This document shows positions 57,614-64,000 of a DNA stretch of 64,000 nt, piece by piece. The notes beneath the pieces were generated by a model. The model worked only from the letters and a program-made list of their open reading frames with translations. It ran no database searches and had not been told where the DNA came from. Every line of letters begins with the position of its first letter. Position 1 is the stretch's first letter. The stretch spans positions 744,001 to 808,000 of the forward strand of contig CAVNZM010000014.1 of assembly GCA_963693365.1 (NCBI GenBank), given 5' to 3'. Made by a program: the position numbers and the translations under genes. The DNA is from Amoebidium appalachense (taxonomy: Eukaryota > Protista > Ichthyosporea).

Positions 57614-58886
57614 TTTGTTATGGTGGTATGCATGACTGGTTGCATGCATCCGAGGGAGTGAAGTGTGGAGAAAGTAGAAAGAATAAGGAAGAAAGAGAAA
57701 CGTCAGTGCCATGTGTGGTGAAGAAGTCCAATACTATGGTAAATTGCAACCAGATGTGCCGAGGGAGAGAAGAGGACAAGGGGGGGAGAAGGGGAGGGGG
57801 GGGGGGGGAGTGGGGAGGAGGGGCAGGGGGAGGGGGCCGGGGGGAGGAGGGGGCACCACCTCAAGGTGCATGGGTGAGAGAACTTAATAGTTTTCGTGGT
57901 GATGCAATGTTGGGTAGGGTGTGTGTGTGTATGTTCGTATGTGCCTGAGGGCTGCCAGCACATCGATCATGTCCCGCTGGAGGGAAGACGGGAGGTTGGC
58001 CCGTGCCAGCACGGCTGCAGCCCAGTGGCCGGCACGGCCAAGGGCCATGACGTCATCCACCGTCCGCTGCATGCGCTTCACAAGCCTGCAGGTGCATGGG
58101 GGGATATCAGTGTTTGTGTGGCAGGGGGGATAGAGCCAGGATATTACGCTAACAAACAACAGTGCCCCTATAGCTTCAGTGATGTGTCTAAAACTACTGT
58201 CACTAGCGGTAAAGAACATCACAGCGTTTGATTGGTGGGTTTCTTGTTTGCACCAAAAAAGGCAACAGAGGGAGAGCAAGAGGGGTGGGGCTGGAAGGGG
58301 ATATCAAGGGTGCCCGTGCATGCACGTGCGTGCAGGTGGGTGTGTGGCAGGGCAGGCACCTACCCGGCCAGGAAATAGCCATTTGTTTCTCTTGAGGGCG
58401 CAGCACAGTGTCGTGATGCGGAGCAGCAGATAGTTCAGTTTGAGGCCCTGCACACCAGCACACGGCTGCTGCTTGCCCCCCACCACTTGCGTCTGCATGC
58501 ACATTTGGGGCAGTGACGTCACAGCGTCCACCACTGCCTTGGCCTGCACACGTAGGTCCTCCCTGGGGGGGTGTTGGGGGGGGGGGGGGGGGGGGGGAGG
58601 GGGGGGAAGTATTGAGGTGTGTGTGTGTTTTGTTTGGGGATTAAAAATTTTTCGAGAGAGGGGGGGGGGTGTGATGAGGAAGGGAGAGGAAGTTAGCTAC
58701 TGCCGCTCCCATGCCATTGCTATCTACATGGTGTAGCCGCCAAGCACACATGCAACAGAAACAAAGGGTCATAGCTGTCACCGTGGCACATCAGATACAC
58801 AGGAATAATTGGAATCACGACACGCACACACACACGCAGACGCACACACACACGCACATGCACACGCACGCGTGCTCGCGCGCGCG

Positions 58887-58981
<95 letters not shown>

Positions 58982-58985
58982 ACGC

Positions 58986-59033
<48 letters not shown>

Positions 59034-60244
59034 ACAGTATTGCAGCATCCAGCATCGCCTCAGCCCATTTCCCTTTCTTTTCCCTTGCTTGCTTCTTGCC
59101 AGCAGAGGTTGAAGGGGAAGTGGTTGGGGGTGTTGGGGTGGCTTGGACTTGGCTGTCAGATTTCACCTTGGCAATGATCCCGGCCATGATCGTGCCCAGC
59201 CCGCAGGGGCAAGGGTTGCACCGTAGAGTGTGGATAAATAGTACATAGAATGATCAAACCGATGAAAACACCCTTCAACACGATACTTTGAAGAAAGCAC
59301 GTGTACAATATATGTTACTCAAGTTGAACTCGGATTAGGCAGACAAAGGTCTGCAGTAGGAACACAGAAACAAGCAGACATGAGCAAACTTGCATTTTTT
59401 TCAGCATTCAAACTTTAATTATTGAAAGAGCTGTGACTCGTGAAAGAAACGAAGAATGATTTTTGGTTGCAAGAAAACGAACGAAAAGACATAGGGCAGG
59501 GAAAGTAGACTTAATTTAAGGCCAGAAATTAAAACTCTCTACAAAAACCAGCGACTTATGGAATTAACACCAACAAAAACGTAAAATTCTCAAAAAAACA
59601 AAAAAGACGTCAAAGAGCACAATTCATTCGAGAAAAATGGCCACGTAAAGCAGTGGTGTGGTTCGACATGGGATGTTCGTTCTCAAACAAATCCTGGAAA
59701 CAGTAACTTCCGAGAAAGAAAACGCTTATATGACTTCAACGGTGCACCTGTGGTGTCCAACACCAGAATACACCCAACAAGGAAACGTGGCAAGGAGAAA
59801 ACTAAAAAGACGAGAGAAAAGTGCCTTTGAGAGAAATTGTTTGAGAGAAAAGCCTTTCGTTGCTACGTGACGTTTCAAAAGTGTTTGGCTTTAAAGACAG
59901 AAAAGGTTGACATTATGATATCTTCTCTGATATTACGAGGTTTAAGACACAACAAATGAACTAGCTCGAAAATTTTTACGTAGCAAGCAGGAAAACGAAA
60001 GAGGCGATAGCAACAGTGCAGCACACAGGGCAGGTGGAGACCTACTCGGCCATGGTAGCGTCCCGGTTGAACCGTGGGGCATCCTCTTTACCAATCCACT
60101 CGACCAAATCAGCCAGCACCCCCAGCAGGCCTCGCACAGGAGATGCAGCATGTTGACAAGCATAGTGATTTTGAGCGGGTCCTCCACTTTGACGAGCATC
60201 TTGACTGCGTCGGCACTTGTTACTCTTGTCTGAACAGTGTCCAT
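50600..60244 (-). CDS. Long multi-exon gene of unknown function (helical N-terminal region, long Pro/acidic low-complexity middle); exon model and 3' end incomplete
   Basis: GT-AG-bounded coding-like blocks at ~60244-60046, 59200-59035, 58562-58364, 58086-57946, 57570-56910, 55766-55639, 55292-55167 and others between microsatellite introns. No family recognised. Confidence 0.5.
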
Positions 60245-61284
60245 GTTGGCGAGGCAAACAGACTTGAGGTCTGTGTAAACCGTGTCGTTTGGTTGCTCGT
60301 GAAATTAAGTTGCTTGAACGAGTAAAAGGAGAAAGAATGGAGATGCTTGTTTGCTCAAAGAGCACTAGATACGGTTAGAAAGCAGGCCGTTAAACGAATT
60401 CGCTTGAGTTTTTGGGTGTCACGTGGGTTGCTGTTCACTCGACGATTGTTTTGTTGAAGTGAGGTGGTTGGGCCACCACAGCCCTTTTATAACTTTTATA
60501 ATGGCTGCTTGCTGGCCCACGAAAGGCCTAAAAGGATCTATTTGACTAACATTTCATTGGTTACAAGAAGCTACGTCATCGATTGGAGGAAAATAGAGAA
60601 TAAAGCTATTTTTTCTTCTTTATGTTTGAACTTTTGCAGTGTTTAGCTCACAAATTATACATCATCAAAACACTTTTGCTACTTTAAAGTGCTGTAAAGG
60701 TCTATTTGAGGCAAAAAGTATACATTTTCATTTTGCTAAAAGCACACAGCCGCGCTATCAGTTTGGCTGGTTTTGGAAGATTATCGAGCATTCATTGGAT
60801 ATTTATCAGCCATACGTTTGGACAAAGTTTTCGTTTATGGCTTTTGATTGGTTTCGCCGATCTCAACGTCACAGCCTCCATTCCAGAGTCCAGTTAAATA
60901 GCTATTTTTATCATCCACTTGGCAACGGGTGGAGGCTGGAACAGCTGGCTGGAACACGGCGCTCTTCTTTAGTTGAGGCCGAATGGCAGTGCACGGTCGG
61001 ATTCCGCACACACTAACTGTACATGTGCAATGGTGAGACAGGGGGCTGGGGGTGGAGGGAGTGCATGCTTGGTGCCGGAGACGCTGTGCATGAGACGGTA
61101 ATGGTCTTTTTAGAGTGCAGCTTGCACTATTTATTTAGTACTTAGTCACACATTGCATGTGTGACTGTCCTGCCCCTGTCGGCCTCTCTTTCTCAGACGT
61201 GTGTGGCTGTCTGTCCTGCCGCCCTGTCTGTATGCACATGTCTATTATCCCTTTCTCACGCGTATGGCTTTCCTGACCATGTTG

Positions 61285-61317
<33 letters not shown>

Positions 61318-61365
61318 AGGTCTAGGTATGACATGTGGACGTGACATTTGTGTGTATGAATGTAC

Positions 61366-61396
<31 letters not shown>

Positions 61397-61434
61397 TGTG
61401 TGTGTCATTGTGTGTGTGTGTGTGTGTGAGTGTG

Positions 61435-61486
<52 letters not shown>

Positions 61487-61631
61487 ATCTTGATCATGAT
61501 GTGCGTGTGTGTTTGTGTGTAACAGTTGGTGTGTGTGACACTGTGTGTGAGTGTCACGTACTGTCAGTGAAAATCTGTGTGTGTGTGTGTGTGTACATGT
61601 GTGGCTTGTGTGCGTGGGCGTTTGTGTATGT

Positions 61632-61678
<47 letters not shown>

Positions 61679-62974
61679 GGGAGGAGGGGACAATTTGCAA
61701 ATAGCCGTGTGTGTGGGGACATATAATAGCACTGGCCTTTTCTAAATCCTAGTATCAATTACGGTGTTGTGGGTGAAAGAAATGTACCTGTACATTGTCA
61801 GGAAAGCCCTATTTAGAGTGGTAGGGGATATGGAGGGAGGATGCGGGAGGGCTATCTAATAATAGGGGAGCTCCACATATGAGGCACGTGTGCATGCCGC
61901 TCATGCTGTTGCGAGGTGCACGTGTAAAAGCAGTATTTGGCTGTTAGAGGGTCAACATTTAACAAGGAGAAGTCTATAGGGTCGTGTACGTATACAGGGT
62001 TGGGATTTTAATCCGAAGCCGGGAGCGGCTGCCGGCATATGATGATACCCACGAAAAGTTCTCTGCAAATTTATACAAAGATTTTTAGTTTAATGCTTTT
62101 ATTTATTCGTCGCTTTTTCTTGTAATGATGGTCTCGACTGTATCGCGGCCGGCCGAAAACCCTCCTAGCTAGGCCCCGCCCCTGCCGACCTGGTGCCAAC
62201 AATTGCAATATCCTCCCACCATAGAATATGAATACTCTTAGACTAGCCCAAATGCTCAAGGTGGCCTAAAAAAAACACAATATACAAATTCACGACCGTA
62301 TAAAATTGATAAATATTTTGATTCATGCAGCCAAGTACCAGCGAAAAGCTTTGGTGGACGTCTGCGTCACAACTACTGTGTACATATGTATTGTTATGGT
62401 AGGTGTGTTGTATACGTGTGGTTACCCATACATAACTATAAGACACCATACAGCAGATCCACTGAGCCTTATATAATGTCCACACACACACACACGATTG
62501 CCTACAGTAGCTACTTTCTCCTTCGGGTCCACACGCTACATCTTCTGGTATGCTATGCAGAGAACATCATTCGAAGATTGAAATTTTAAAGATTTTACAA
62601 CACACCCTTCGTCATTCCAATGATACACGTATGATTGTGTGCTGTAACAAACTTGTGCCTTCCTTGTGCAAGCCTGTCGGTGTCGAAAAGTAAACCAAAG
62701 TTTTCCTCCGCTATTTCCATTCAGACATCTCACAAAAGCGCCTGCAGCAAAAAAACAAGTTACTATAAACTCGCGAGGCCAAGAAACATCGTTTACTGCT
62801 GCGGAGAGAGGGGGGGGGGGGGGGGGGGGAAGGGCCCAAGGAGGGGGGGGGAGGGGGATGTTTGTGACATATTTGTGTCGCATTTCATGTGTTGTGTAAA
62901 GATATGTAAGTGTGCTTGTGCGCATGTGAACATTTGTATCTATCCTCTTATTGTACATGATCAGCTAGCTTGTT

Positions 62975-63958
<984 letters not shown>

Positions 63959-64000
63959 GGTGTGTGTAGGAGTGTGTCGGTGAGAGAGAGAGAGAGAGAG

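Overview
This is eukaryotic genomic DNA. The intron style, the U2 snRNA and a beta-arrestin-like gene point to a unicellular opisthokont (inference). Introns are packed with (GT)n/(CA)n and G/C homopolymers, so most ORFs in the supplied track are spurious. Supported host genes: a 5-exon Lnt-like carbon-nitrogen hydrolase (3558-8201, -), a coiled-coil plus ankyrin protein (12924-21569, -), an arrestin-domain protein (28496-30605, -), TSR3 (35108-43331, +), a small secreted Cys-rich protein (49405-49848, +), and a long unknown multi-exon gene (~50600-60244, -) with a partial paralog. The main accessory content is a community of APE-type non-LTR retrotransposons. Family A (one full-length copy and four 5'-truncated copies) and family B have no terminal poly(A): they end in GTAAACCCC(C)n and make 10-bp TSDs. 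A non-coding SINE-like repeat (family D) ends in TTCAAACCCC(C)n with variable 5' truncation. Family C is poly(A)-tailed. Family A encodes endonuclease and RT in separate frames in both copies spanning the junction. A U2 snRNA copy is broken by a nest of these elements (8948-10347). One 10-bp TSD is split between two inverted A copies, implying a ~17-kb inversion (27092-44228) that is either real or an assembly artefact. All alignments were done by eye and no database searches were run.
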